From contig NW_027117343.1 in NCBI RefSeq assembly GCF_038025025.1, forward strand, positions 806,001-870,000: a DNA stretch of 64,000 nt, read 5' to 3'. The notes beneath the pieces are model-generated. The model saw only the letters and a program-made list of their open reading frames with translations. It was not told where the DNA came from and did no database searches. Shown here piece after piece: positions 31,057-44,623 of this stretch. A program made the position numbers and the translations under genes. The stretch comes from Phyllosticta citribraziliensis. Its lineage: Eukaryota. Numbering within the stretch: position 1 is the first letter of the stretch; each line of letters begins with the position of its first letter.

Positions 31057-34000
31057 TCATGCTCGCTGCACGCAATCCCATTCATACTAGAAGGCAGAAG
31101 AGGCGGTCTTTAGTATAACGCGTCGGACAAACTTTTTGGAGGAGAAGAAGAAGACGAGGCAACGAAGCAGATAAAGCAATCAAAGCAAAAAGGGGCAAAC
31201 TTATCGCATCGCCCTCACAACGCCAGCTCTCAAAATACCAACAAAATAAGAAAAAGACAAGACACTTTTAACCCCCGCCGGGAAAGACAAAGACAGCTAC
31301 CTAGTGAACAGGGTCGTGGACGTGGGGAAGCAAATGATCATGATTTTCTTGCCAACTTACAACTTTGCCGTCGTCGTCGCCCGTGTAGGCCATCTGCGCC
31401 ATGGGAAGGACGTAGGTGATGGGCGCCGCGACGTTGATGCCGTCCTCGCGCGTCGTGTCGGTGTGGTTGAGCCGCTTGACCGGCCGCAGCGACCAGAGGC
31501 CGTCGGCGTCGTAGGCCACGGCCCAAATCTGTAGATTCCTTCAAGTCAGCATGGGACGGAAAGGGGAAAGGGGACGGGAAGGGACGTACGTTGACCACAC
31601 CCCTCCGGTGCCCTGTGAACAGCAACTCGCGCTCCAGCCACTCGTTGCCGACGCCCTCGTAAAAAGCACACGCGTGCACCACGTCCTCGGCGTCGGCCGT
31701 GTCGCAAACGTCCTGCTCGAGCAAGAGACGGCCGTTGAGCGTGTACAACAACACCTTGGAGCCGGCGCAGAGCGCAATATGGCCATTCACATTGTTGATG
31801 CGAGCGCACTGAATGGGACGATCGCCAGCACCGACGTGGCGCACAAACTCAGCCCGATTAAGGTCCCACAGACAGATGCGGCCGCTGGCGTCGGCGGAAA
31901 GGAACGTGCTAAAGGCGCGCGAGGTGGCGATGATGGTGACGGGCTTACGGTGGCCAAAGAAGCAGACCTTGGGCACCAGGTCGACCGTCTTCGAGTGCGA
32001 GATGACGTTCCACACGGCTACGGTGCAGTCGCTGCCAGCCGTGATGAGCGTCTTGCCATCAACAAAGGTTGCGCACGAGATCTGGCCCTGATGGAGGTGC
32101 TCCCACAAACCAATCAGCCGTTTGCTGTCCGTCGAGTAGAATCGTACGCTGCCGTCGGTAAAGCCCCATTCCATGTAGCGATCGTAGCTGGGCGGCATGT
32201 TGATGCGCAGCGCCGCCGAGCAAAGGATGCGGTCTTGCTTAGGGTGGTGCGTCAAGCTGGAGACGCGCTCGCGCGAATCGAGCAGGGTCATGGGTAGCCG
32301 AATCAGACATTCGACCGCGCTGTCCAACCGCTTCAGTCTCGACGAGTCGCCGTGCGAAGGATGAGCCTTTTGAAAGACTTGGTGAGGTGTTTGGCCAAAA
32401 TTGTGAATGATGCCAATGGTAGCCGTCCGCTCGACAGGATCATCGATCAGGTCGAGATTCTTGGCTCCATGGTACGAGAGGTAGTGAAAGACGTTGGTGG
32501 CTTCGACCGCGGCGTCTCCCTGCTGCTTGTAGCCAAAGACGAGGTCGATCCACTTGTGCAGATGCTGCGTCACGTAGGGACTTTCCAGAGCCTCGCGGTG
32601 CTTGGCAATGAAGATTTCCGGATCACCCTTGGCCCACGGAGGCAGTACGACGTCGTTGATCCTTTCGCCAGAGCCTTGCTTGACGCCAAAGTTGTACCCA
32701 TTGATGTTCTTGAGAAACTCGGGCAGGTAGAAGAATTCAGGCGTCAGCTCTCGGACATCCGTCGTATTGTCCCGCGAAGCCGAGTTCCAAGCCCGTTCAA
32801 TCGAATCAAAGAGACGATCTGCATGGTCGAAGCTGCCGCCTTGCAAGAGCAGATACGACTGGACGAATGGCTGAAGGCGAATGAGGTAGGAGGTAACAAT
32901 CATTGCCGACGAGTAGTGAGTACCGTAGTGAAAGACAGGATTAGTGCCGTCACTCATCTCAGCAAACGTCTGGTAGCGCTCCTTGAACTCGGCTTCTCTA
33001 GAGGGAGTTTGGGCACCCATGGGTTTGGAAAGGTCTCTAAACGTCTTTGGGTCGCTGAGATCGAGCTCCTCGCTCGTATAGTCTGCCAAGACCCAGGGAA
33101 AGACGGGGTACTGCGTGAGGTCGTTGAACGTCCTACCAGCCATCGTGTTGACCAGCATGAGGTAGTGGAAGTTGGAAATATCCCCCTTGAGCCACCTCTT
33201 GGTAGCAGGGTTCTGAGCCATTGGGTTGAACGCGTTGACCCACTTTGCGGCCATCGTCGGAGGGGCCTCTTCTGGTGTTCGCAACGATTCCAGTCGCCAT
33301 GCATCCTCAGACTGCAAAGCTGATGGACTTGTGACTTGAGGCGCTCTTGAAATCAACCTTGCATGCAAGTCGTCCCGGAGCTTGGGCGCCATGGCGGTCA
33401 AGAGGTAGCTCCGTCCATCGGTGAAGAAGATTTCAATGGCGACGTCGCGGAACAAGAAGCGCCTCTTTGAAATACTAATTACCTCGGACCATTTCCAGTG
33501 GCGCGTGCTTTGCTCGCCATTGATCCTCGGAGACTTCTTCTCGACGGCCTCCTTCCCAGAAATCATCTGGACGTAATTGTCGCGCTCCTCTGGCGGCGCC
33601 TGCCACACTCGAATGATTTCTCCGTCGGAACGCTGGAAGAAGTCGTCCAAGAGATACAAAGAGTCTTTGCCAAGGATGAGTAGGCCTTCGCATGCCTCGA
33701 GACCGACAATTCGGGAGACGTTGTACACGTGCTGGACCTGATCGCCCTGTTGAAGAGACCGCATGACTTTACGATTCTTGTCTTCAAAGCCGTCCTCTCC
33801 CTCGTTTGGATTGGACACCAATTCAAAGTCGTCGTCCCCGTTAGAGACAGCAGACGACTGACTGACAGATCGATTTCTCCCGCCTTCTCCGTTGTTTGAA
33901 GTTGGGTGCGCGCTTGCAGGAGTAGGACCAGCTGTTTCGGGCGAGTCGATTTGCGGAACATTGGTCAAGAGGCTGAGTCTGTTTTTGGGAACAAATTCCG

Positions 34001-37000
34001 AGTCTTTGCGTTTCGGCTGGTATTCTTCATCCTTGCTGGTAGTTTTGTCCGGAATGATTCTCAGCCTCATCCTGTTTCGACCCTCAGTCTCGTCTAGTTG
34101 CCATTGAGAAACAACTTCGTCTTCAAACAGCGCACAAGGGGCGCGCAGTGTCTGATCAAGCTTTTCCAATGCGGACGAGAGGAACGTGAGGTTGTCCTGC
34201 TGGTCTTGCAAGGCTCTTTGGTGCTTTAAGCGCTCTGCAGCAAAGATATTTGCCCGCCAGTGCGTTGTTGACACCTCGTGACGATGCCACACAATATCCG
34301 CCGACGACTCCTCCATTTGCCACTGCCTGAGGCGCTCTTTCCTTTTCGACACCCTAGTTTTTGCGCTCTCTTCTGTCTTGCGATTCTCCTCGGTGACAAA
34401 CTCTTCCCACGTCTTGGACATGGCACCAAAGAAGAAGTTATCAAGTTTTGATCGGTTGCCGTCCAACCACTGGAAAAAGGCGTCATTGTCCATCTCCGTT
34501 AGCTTCATAAAGTCTGAAATGAGCTCTCTGTCGCTGCTGGAGTTGGACTGGTGGAAAATCTGAGAGGTCTCCTCAGGCTTTTGCACAAGCATCAGCCTCC
34601 AGAAGTCTGCTGCTGCGGCACGCACCCGATTGTTGGGCGACACCAGCTTTGCGTAGAGAAGATAGCACATGAGGCGCAGGTAGTTGCCTTCGAGGCTCTC
34701 GGGAGAAAGAAAAATGGTCTGCCAATACGTCATTTTTTGGAGAAATGCAATGGCTTCCATTTCCGACTCGGGATCGTCCAATTCAGACAGCCTGAGTAGA
34801 GCAACCCGGAAAAAGACTGTGCGAATGGTAGCAATTGCCTGGGTACAGAGCCGAACGCCCTTCAGCTTGGCAACATCCGGCCGATGCAAGTGGTCCAATA
34901 CGGTTCCAATAAAGTCCAACAGAGCCTCTGCTCCATTCATGAACCAGCCTTCGAATATGGCCTCGGCCATGTGGAGCGTGTAACGTGCAAGATTTGTGAG
35001 CACCCTGGGCTCTGCGAGCAGTTCCTGACGTATTTGCAGCTCAGTGGCAATGGCCTGCATTGTATGGAGGAGCACATAGGACTCGAAGTATGCTTGATGT
35101 TCCTGGAATCCTGGTGGCACTTTGAGAAAAAGCCCAAAACCACTAAAGTCTTTTTTGTGCAGCAACTGGTCCAGAAAGACTCCAATGATCAGTTCAAGCA
35201 ATGCCTGAACGACAGCATTGCCCACTCGAAGGTCTACAGAAGCAGACTTCTTGGGGGACATGATTCCGTGCAGTCGAGCAGCCGCAGAAGGATATTTTGC
35301 CTTGTCCGAAGTGATGAGAACGAAAGAGTTGCCTCGTCGAAGCGTCGCCTTTTTGGCATTGGGGCTGCGAGGCGGTTCGATGGAAGTGGTCCGCACAATG
35401 GACGGTTGTTCCGCCGTTGCCGAATGAGGGTTAATTAGGACATCTTGGCCTTCAAAAGTCAGAGCGGACCCGCGTGAGTGGAGTTCCGTCTCGGCCGAGA
35501 CACCATCTGATGTTACAATGACTGGATAGAGGACAAAAATGAGGTCTTGAATGTAGTTTGAGGCAATGGCGTACTCCCGAAAGTGGGCCGACTTCATGTG
35601 CACGTCTGCGAGGAATTGGATAATGGTATGGAGGATGGCTGCGTAATCCAAGACCTTTTGCCGCGATGAAGACTGCTTGGGCTCTAAATGGCATTAGGAT
35701 TGAGATGAGGAAGTGGCCAGCAAACATACCTCTAGCTGCGAGCTCGTTTTCCACCGACATGGACCTCTTGCGCGTCGAGCCCCCAGTCAACGGACCAGAT
35801 TGCTTGGTTCCACTTTCAGCGTCACCTTGGCTTGTCGCAGGTCTCACGCTGGGCTCGTGCTGCGTGACAATTTCCCTAAGTCCCGTCTCCAACATGGCCG
35901 TCATGACAGGGAAAACATCGGGGTAGGAGATGGCAATCTGGCCATTGGCCGAGAGCGAATCCATGAGGTTGAAAAGGTCAAAATCTCTTTCGAAATCGAT
36001 CTTGCCCACATCGACACCAAAAAGGATTGCAAAACATATTGTCCAGACGGCCGGCGTATTCCACGATGCTCTCAGCCTATGCTTGAGGTTGGTGAAGCCG
36101 CCGTCTCTCGTGAATTCCTTGACAAAGTGGGGACCTTGAATTACCAAAAGTCGGGCGAGAATCTTGAAGCTGTTGACAATGACACGGGCATCGTTTTCGG
36201 CAAGCAGGTATACCAGCCACTGGAAACGTCAGCCACACTCCAGACTCAATCGAATACACATACCTTGTTGGTGACAGTCTTGGCAAATCTCCCAATGGCG
36301 TTGGCGCTTGCATCATCGCACAAAAAGGCCGAATAGGCTTCCAGCACCTTGATTCCCAATTCTTGCCTCGAGAGCTTCCCCGTTGGCAAGGTGCTTTTAG
36401 GAGGGACAGGTACAGACGAAGCGCTCGAAGCTGACGACAGCGTAGGAGTGGTGCGTATATGCTTGACGCTGCTGCGGGATCGAAGCGGTCGATTCACCAG
36501 ATTGCGACCCTCCTGAAGGGCATACGTAATGAACAGGGCCGTTGAGCGTAAAATGTCTGACGAGGCACTACATTGAAGCAGAGATTTGAAAGCGCTCATG
36601 AAATGCGGAAAAACGTCATTCGTAAAAGTCTCGCCCTTGAGCGCCTCAAGAAGCCTCTTAATTATTCCTATTCTCTTGTCAGCTGCTGTATTACCAGTGG
36701 GTCACCAGGCTTACGCATTCGGGTCAACCGTCTAGCGTTGAACACGTGGTGCTTGCTATCTTTTGCAAAGACCTCAAATTGACGGTAGTAGAGCTTCTGG
36801 GTATCAGCTGGACATCTTCTCCAGAGGTCAAAGTCTATCAGCAAAGCTCTGTAAGCCAGGGGATTAACAATCTTTGACTCTTGGGTCTGAATCTCGTCGT
36901 AGCCAATGAAGCGCAAAATGACCTGGAGCAGCTCGTAAGAAAGACTTTCAAAGTCAGAGTCTTCAATCGAGGCCGCGCTAGATTTGCCAGATATGAAGCC

Positions 37001-39334
37001 TAGGCCCAGCTTGTCGCGCAAAAGGGCTGCCAGCACGGCAAACCCATTTTCTCTTTCCATGGCTTCACTGTTTCGCCAGTTTTCGTGGACAGATTCAAAC
37101 ATGATCTGCACAGCCGTCACCAGGGAATTCCTAGTCCGAGCCAGCTCGATGAGCTTGAGTCCTATCGAAGCACAACCCCCAACTCGCCAAATCGCATTGT
37201 CCAATGACTGAGGCACAACGACAACAGGCTCACCGGTGAGAACAGCAACTCCGCTCCGTTGAGTGAGAGCTTCATTGATCGAGGGTACAGCGGCGTTGAT
37301 GGCAATTGCATGACCGCGGTTTCGGGTGTACTCTCTCAGATTTTTGCCAGCATGCTTGGACAACGACTTGACCAACGTCGACTCGTCAATGAAATTTCTA
37401 TCGTCATCATCCATGACCGAGGTCGGAGCTATGCTCATGAGAATGCGGGATTCTGGAACAATGGCTCCGGCCTTGTTGCGCATAGCAGATAGAATTTCGG
37501 ACCGCTCATCCTTGCTGGGGTGAAGGCCCTCGTTGTAGAGGTTGAGGTCGGCCGAAGCGTTGTACGTGAGAAAAGAGCCGAGGCAGTCTTGAAAGTTGCC
37601 GTGATATCGAGGCCCAAGCTTGTGATATACAGCAATCAGTTCGTCCGACAGCGCCTCCTGGAACAAGTGGAAGGATGCCAATGACAGCTTGGTTGAGACA
37701 ATGTTTCGCCCAATGTGAGAACAAATGGCGTGAGGCGTGCCAATGAATGCCTCGATAGGAGTGTAACCCGATCGATTCTGAGAAAAGGCATTGAAGCTTT
37801 CGGTACTGCTCGAGTTGAGGTTTGGCGGACTGGAAGGGAAATTGCACTTCATTTGCTCCGTAAACTCTCCATTGACGTACAAGGCAGCGCGACCGGGGCC
37901 GACGGTTTTTGATCTCTTGTGCACAATGGCAATGTGGTACCAGACACCTTGTTGAAACGCCGTCGACTTGAAACGAATACTCGGCCGCGATGAAGTCACT
38001 GAAGTCTGCAGGATCAAATTACGGGAGCCCTTTTCCAGATATACGAGCACGAAGCAGGTCTGGGTGGACTCGTATGCTCCGAATATTGTCGTGTGGTAGT
38101 TGTCATCGTACTTGTCTACACGAAGCCAGGTGCTGATCGTGTAACCGCCATGCTGCGAGGCTGGGGGGAATGGCCGGCCTAGTTCCGGCAACTCTATGGA
38201 AGCATATCCATGCAAGGACATGTCGAGCTGGATAAATGGGGATTGTCTGGAGGACCTGATGGCCTCCAAAAGGAATGCAGCCACCTCCTCCGACTCGGCG
38301 GCACCACGAAAAAGAAAACGAGCGTCCTCGAGGTCGTTGACACCGTAGCTGATGAGGCTCTCGGCCAGTCTTTTGAGCAGAGTGCGCTCCAAAGAGACCT
38401 GGGAATTTTGGAAGAGTAAGCGCAAAAGCGTCCTCAAGACGCCCGTCCCATGCGCAGCAAGCTTATTGTGCTCCGACAGGGCAACGACGTGGTCCAGAAC
38501 CAAAAGGACTGAAATGGATAGACGCGGTGCGCGTGAGCCAGACAAGCCATCTTGGAATAGCATCAGCCAAAGACTGATGATGACGGGAAATATGTCGGCA
38601 TTCTGCAGAATCTCGTTGCCGCTAAAGAAGCTGTTCAGATGGTCGCGGAGAGCACTGATCAAGGGATCTTCAGACGTAACGTGGACCACGTCACCGTTGT
38701 GCTCGACCTGTTCAACGCCGTTGGACTCTGATGCTACAACATCTCGTATGCCGCGGAATATACGAGCCATGTTCTCTTCCCCCAATGCAAATGCAACGAG
38801 GCAGCCAAAGAGCTGCTCTTGGCCGACCTGATCGTACACGGTGGCATCCTGAAATCCTCCTCCGACGCCAGTGCTCACGACAGCTTGTTCCAGGGACCTC
38901 CACCCATCGTCTTCGACTCTCTTGGAGAAGAATCTGCGATTTCCAGGGTGGTCATTCAGGGCGTCGGAGAGCACGGCCAGGGTAGCCTTGAGGAGCTCAA
39001 AGAATTCCGTCTGCTCGTCCTTGGAGAGGGCAGAGGGATTGTAAAAGCCCGAGACAGAGCGCAGGGTGGCAATCAGAGCGTGGAAGCCCTTTGCCTGGCG
39101 AAAGGCGTCCTTGGCCTGACGCGGGTCGGGCGAATCTATGAGGAGCTGACGGATCCTCCGCAGGCAGTCACATTGTGTTTGTATTGATTTGAGCGTGGTT
39201 GAGGTGGAGCTCTGCGGATGGGCGCCGAGGAGCGAGTCGACGAGGGTATTTAGCTCTCTCAAGGCAGGGCTGGCGGCGCGAGGCGTGACGGAGGCGGGTG
39301 CGGGAGGGAGGCGCGGGCCCGCCGGGTGGTGCAT
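31057..39334 (-). CDS. BPH1: BEACH/beige domain protein (Bph1/Lvs1-like): ConA-like, PH-BEACH, BEACH and WD40 domains; ~2601 aa; exons 39334-36715, 36667-36264, 36219-35730, 35683-31590, 31528-31361, 31086-31057
   Basis: RRFLFRDVAIEIF (PH), ISNFHYLMLVNTMAGRTFNDLTQYPVFPWVL, HYGTHYSS, ELTPEFFYLPEFL, WIDLVFGYKQ, NFGQTP and WD repeats. Five canonical introns keep the frame to YEWDCVQRA*. Confidence 0.96.
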
Positions 39335-40333
39335 GATGGCGCTCCAGCACAGCGCAGTCTAGGATTGTCGGTATGGGTGGAGGAGCATTGCAGGCGGAGA
39401 GAGGCGGCGGGAGCGGGTTGGATTGGGCGAGAGGAGGGTCATCTGAGGGAGAAACGTCGCATGTGGGAGCGTGTCAGAGAGTGAGGGTTGGGTGGAGCTG
39501 GGTCGGGAACAGCTCGCGTGGGGCGGAGGCGGAGCGGCGATGAGTGGAGCTTGGACGGTGGATTTGCAGAGCAGAGCAGAGCGAGCTGACAGCTGGGTCG
39601 AGAAATGAGAGAGTGTAACAAGACAAGAGCAGTTGGTGGAGGTGTCAGGCGGCAGAGGGCGTGTGCCTGATCATCACCACCAGGCCGAATGAAGCTGGAG
39701 ACGGGCGCGGGAGCGATAAACACACAGCAGCATGCCATGGCCGTGGTCCGTTTCGACGGCAGCGGGCAGGCGAGGAAGTGGTGGCCGTCGGGAGCCTCGT
39801 CCCGGGCGCAGGGAGTCGCAGGGGCCGTCACGAGTGCGGTCACGACTTTGTACTGTACCGTCCGGTACCATGGACTCGACGCGGGAGGAGCTTAGCTTAC
39901 GCGCTGAGGCAGGTACGGATACAGCTCATACAGCTCACCTAGCAACATGAACAGCTCAGGGCAGCTCGTGTCTATTTCGATGCCGGTGGTGGACTCAAGG
40001 CACGCAATCCCATCCATCCCATCCATCCCATCCACTCTGACGCCATGGCCGCGCATCATGCCCGTGTCGCTGCGCTGCGCGAGGAACGCCCTTTGGGGGT
40101 CGGACAAGGCAGCGCCGCTAGCTGCGGAGAGGCTGGGCGCATGACTCTCACTCGCCGATAGCGTCGCCTTGCCGCCGCCGGCTCTTGATAAAGCTCGCCC
40201 CAGCTCCCACCATCTCCCAAGCTCTACTCCTCTCCATCCCTCTCCTCTCTCCCTCTACCCCATCCCAGCTTCGCCGTCTCTCCCCATCTTCTAGCAACCT
40301 TCCGCTTCCCCTTCCCCTCTTTCCAGGCCCACA

Positions 40334-42168
40334 ATGAAGGCCGCAGCCATCTTGACGCTGCTGCCGCTGCTCGCGGCAGCTTCCCCGGTCTTCAACACCG
40401 GCTCCATCCACAATGACGCAGCCCCCGTCATCTCCTCGGTCAACGCCCAAGAGGTGCCCGACTCGTACATTGTCGTCTTCAAGAAGCACGTCAAGCACGC
40501 CGACACGTCCGCCCACCACGCCTGGGTTCGCGACATTCACAGCGCCAGCGTGAGCTCCAAGACGGAGCTCCGCAAGCGCTCGCAGTTCCCCATTGCAAAC
40601 GATCTCTTTGAGGGCCTCAAGCACACCTACAACGTTGCCGGTGGCCTGCTCGGCTACTCGGGTCACTTTGATGAGGACGTCATTGAGCAGATCCGGAGAC
40701 ACCCTGATGTGAGTTGCCATGTCCGCCCAACCCACCCGTGAGCCGTTTCCGGCCATGCTGCACCCATTTCTCCTCGTTCCGCAACGCTTCCTCCCTCGTC
40801 GAGTTTCCTCCGTCGCTCTGCAGCTCCATCTCGTGCGCACGTGACACTATTGCGTCTTATCACATCATGCTGACGACCCTGATTCCAGGTCGAGTACATC
40901 GAGAAGGACTCCATCGTGCAGACCCAGAGCCAGGACTACGAGCTCGAGAAGAACGCTCCTTGGGGCCTCGCCCGTATCTCTCACCGTGAGAGCCTGAGCT
41001 TCGGCACCTTCAGCAAATACCTATACTCTGCGGATGGTGGTGAGGGCGTTGACGTCTACGTCATCGACACTGGCACCAACACCGAGCACGTCGACTTTGA
41101 GGGTCGTGCTCACTGGGGCAAGACCATTCCCTCTGGCGACGTCGACGAGGATGGCAACGGTCACGGCACTCACTGCTCTGGTACTGTCGCCGGTAAGAAG
41201 TTCGGTGTGGCCAAGAAGGCCAACGTCTACGCCGTCAAGGTCCTCCGCTCAAACGGCTCCGGCACCATGTCCGACGTCGTCAAGGGTGTCGAGTTTGCCG
41301 CCGAACAGCACTCCGCCAACGTCGAGGCCGCTAAGACTGGCAAGGGCAAGAAGGGCTTCAAGGGATCTGCTGCCAACATGAGCTTGGGTGGTGGCAAGTC
41401 CACCACGCTCGACCTCGCTGTCAACGCTGCTGTCGATGCTGGTATCCACTTTGCCGTGGCCGCTGGTAACGACAACGCCGACTCGTGCCGCTACTCTCCT
41501 GCTGGCGCCGAGAAGGCCGTCACCGTCGGTGCCTCGACCCTCGCTGACGAGCGTGCTTACTTCTCCAACTACGGCAAGTGCAACGACATCTTTGCCCCTG
41601 GTCTCAACATCCTTTCGACCTGGATTGGCAGCAAGTACGCCACCAACAAGATCTCGGGTACCTCGATGGCCTCGCCCCACATTGCTGGTCTCTTGGCCTA
41701 CTTCCTCTCTCTCCAGCCTGCTTCCGACTCGGGTTACTCGGTTGCCGACATCACCCCCGCCAAGCTGAAGAAGCAGATCATCAGCATCGCCACCGAGGGC
41801 GCCCTGACTGACGTCCCCAGTGACACCACCAACGTAAGTTGTCTCCTGAGACTCAATTCATCAATTGTTCTAACGATATGTAGGTCCTTGCGTGGAACGG
41901 TGGTGGCAAGTCCAACTACAGTGCCATCGTCTCCGAGGGTGGCTACAAGCTCAACCGCGCGGACAGCAAGGTCCAGCTTTCTCTCCCCACGATGGAGGAT
42001 GTCGAGGAGGAGGTCGAGCTTGTTGGCGAGAAGGCCAAGGCCGGCTCCAAGAAGGTGCAGGCCAAGCTCGAGAAGCTCACGGAAAAGTTTGAGGACTTTG
42101 TGGCCGACGAGATGGACGAGTTTTTCAACGACTTCAAGCAGCGCATGAGCAAGGCCCATATGGAGTAA
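40334..42168 (+). CDS. PRB1: Vacuolar subtilisin-like serine protease (S8, I9 propeptide; Prb1/PepC/Alp2 type), 534 aa; introns 40709-40888 and 41834-41883
   Basis: Signal peptide, YIVVFK propeptide, VYVIDTG (Asp), GHGTHCSG (His), AAGN, SGTSMASPH (Ser), and LAWNGGG with a C-terminal acidic extension. Confidence 0.96.
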
Positions 42169-44623
42169 GGTAGTTTACCGTCATCCTTTCGTCTATGGAT
42201 AATGTGAGGGTCATTGCTGGTCATGGTGCACAGAGAGAGGGAGCGACAGTTTTGGGTACGGAATCGTTTTCTTTTTTCCGGGATGGAGAATGGACGGATT
42301 GGGATCTTAGGTACATGGCATTCTTTGACAGCATAGACTGGACTGCAGCACGCATGGCCATGTGCGGCGAGTCCGGCAAGGTAATGCGCATTGCATTTTG
42401 ACAGGAAGCTCTTGCGGATACAATAGAAGCTTTCGTGCCGTGTCGTGGGTTCCGCATGAAAGTATAAAGTCTAAATGCGCCTCGGCGGCGGTGAACATGG
42501 TTGGAGCGTGATGTGTGCTGGTCGATCAGTCAGTCAGTCTGTCGGTGGTGGCAACGACGAAAGTCAACAAGCTCAGCTGCCAGCCAGCTGCCAGATAAGC
42601 TGCTGTGCACGCAACCAATCAGGGCGTCTTGTGCACCGCCTTCTGCCCCCCGGGATATCGTGATTTTCCTCGGCTACCCGCCCGGTGAGTTGTCCTGATG
42701 GATGAATAATGACTGGGTGGGAGCGAGGGAGGCTTGCAGACGCGCTGCTTGTGCTGATAGAGCGCCTGCTATGCTCACGGCTTCGTGGTGTTGTGCTTGT
42801 GCCGTTTGCAGCCATCGTCGTCGATGGGAGCGTTTGTCATTCATGAGGGTGTCTGCAATTGTGCTGCTGGAATGCGTGCTGCTCTACGTGCGATCATGTA
42901 CGCAGATTGCGTGCGCGTTTCCCCCTTTTCCTACCTAGAGGCAATGCGTTCACTGCATACTGTAGGTAGAGATGTACCATGTTTAGCTCCCTGCCGTCTA
43001 TCATCTCACCATTATCATCTCCGTCATCGTCCAAGTCGTCGACGCAATCCATCGCCCTCTTGGCCGCATGCCTCTCCCCAGAACCCCAAACTCAATTCCC
43101 CCGGCTTGGTTAGCTGCTGCGGGCACCCGTGTCGGTCGGTCGGCCAGTCGGTCGGCTGAGACATGTCGTGCAATGCAGCACGTCGACCAAGCCGCGAGAC
43201 CGAGACATTGGTTAGGCGCGCCGGCACGTGGTGCGCTGTGGATGTCGCGTTTGCTTTGTTTGCGCGCCGCCTGCCGTTGCACTTCTTACTCTGTGTTTCT
43301 TTGCCTGGTGCGAGGGATTGAGTGATTCTATTTTGCCTCTGCTTTGTTCCTGTCATGCTGGGAGATGGCAGTAGGTACATGTAGAGAGCGCCAACCCAAC
43401 CAACAACTGATACCCGCCCGCCCGTTCAACGGTACGACGACACGCAGATGTTTCTGGCAAATGACTCGGGCACCTGCATGAAGCGGTGCGGGCGCTCAAC
43501 GGTCAACGCGCCGTCTGGCACCTTGACATTCTTTGACAACCTTGACGCATCTGAAGGCCAGACAGACAGTCAGTCAGTCAGGTGGCGCTGCGCATTCTTG
43601 ACGAATAACCTACCTGTATCGCAGCCAGGGAATATCAAAAGGTAGGTGGGGTTCTTTTCGACTGGATGGTGGGCACGAGACCACGAGACCGCCACGGGAC
43701 ACCCGGGCACACACGCCTACCCCCCAGTTGAGGTCAACAAAGCAAAGCGTCCCTCGTTGGCTCTGTCCTTGAGCAGGTACGCCGACGCATCGCGCCCTTT
43801 CTTCATCCCGCCGCTACACCAACCAACACCGCCGGGCCGGGCAGCTGGACAGGACAGGACAGGTCTTTCTCCCGCACCGCACCCGCTTGCCAGGTGAGAA
43901 GGAGCACTCGCCTCACGCGCAATGCACCTTGCTGGCCTCCATGGCACCTGATTAGCGACGAGGCGGTGGCGAGCGGTCGGGCAGGCTGGCTGCCACACTG
44001 GTGGAAAAGAAGAAGCAAGCGGTAAGATGCCTCCATGTAGCCGAAATTGACTTTGTGGTCGGCCCGGCCCGCGGTTTGGTTTCGGTCTCAGCGTGGACTG
44101 GGGCCTCTCGCGAAAGAAAGGGAAGGCTGGCATGTGAGGTGAGGCTGTTCGAAACAGAAGAGGCCTCAGGCAGGTAGGTGTTTTGGCGACGGTGTTTTTC
44201 GAGCCTTTAATGTCTTCAAGAGCTTGGATGTCTGGACGGGTTCGGGAACGGTCTCGCTCACGTTGGTTTCGAGAATAGCAGCCTCGTTGTGGATAGACCC
44301 CCAACGCCTGCTTCTCGACGTCGAGTCTTGACGGCAGTCTCGCTCAACGTCGACGGCAATCTCGCCTTGTGTGCGCGCTCACTTCTTGATTCGGATGAAT
44401 CAGGGCGTGCGTGGAAATTGTCTGGAGCAGTCATGCTTCGTTCCGTCCTCCTGCTCAGTCTCCTCCTGTTCTCTCCCGCGCATTGGATTGGACATCATTT
44501 GCCTGATTCTCATTTTGAATATTCTTGGGCCCCTTGGACGTAACCCGCAACCAGACGCTGCGTCCAAGAGTACAACGAAAGCTTTGTTCCCTGCCATCGT
44601 CGACTCGAGAACGCCGTTCGTCG

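Noticed and set aside
31301..31361. BEACH gene ending at 31301 or 31338 as the ORF track suggests
   Set aside because: A GTAAG donor at 31360 and a terminal 30-nt exon (YEWDCVQRA*, 31086-31057) give a better WD40 end.
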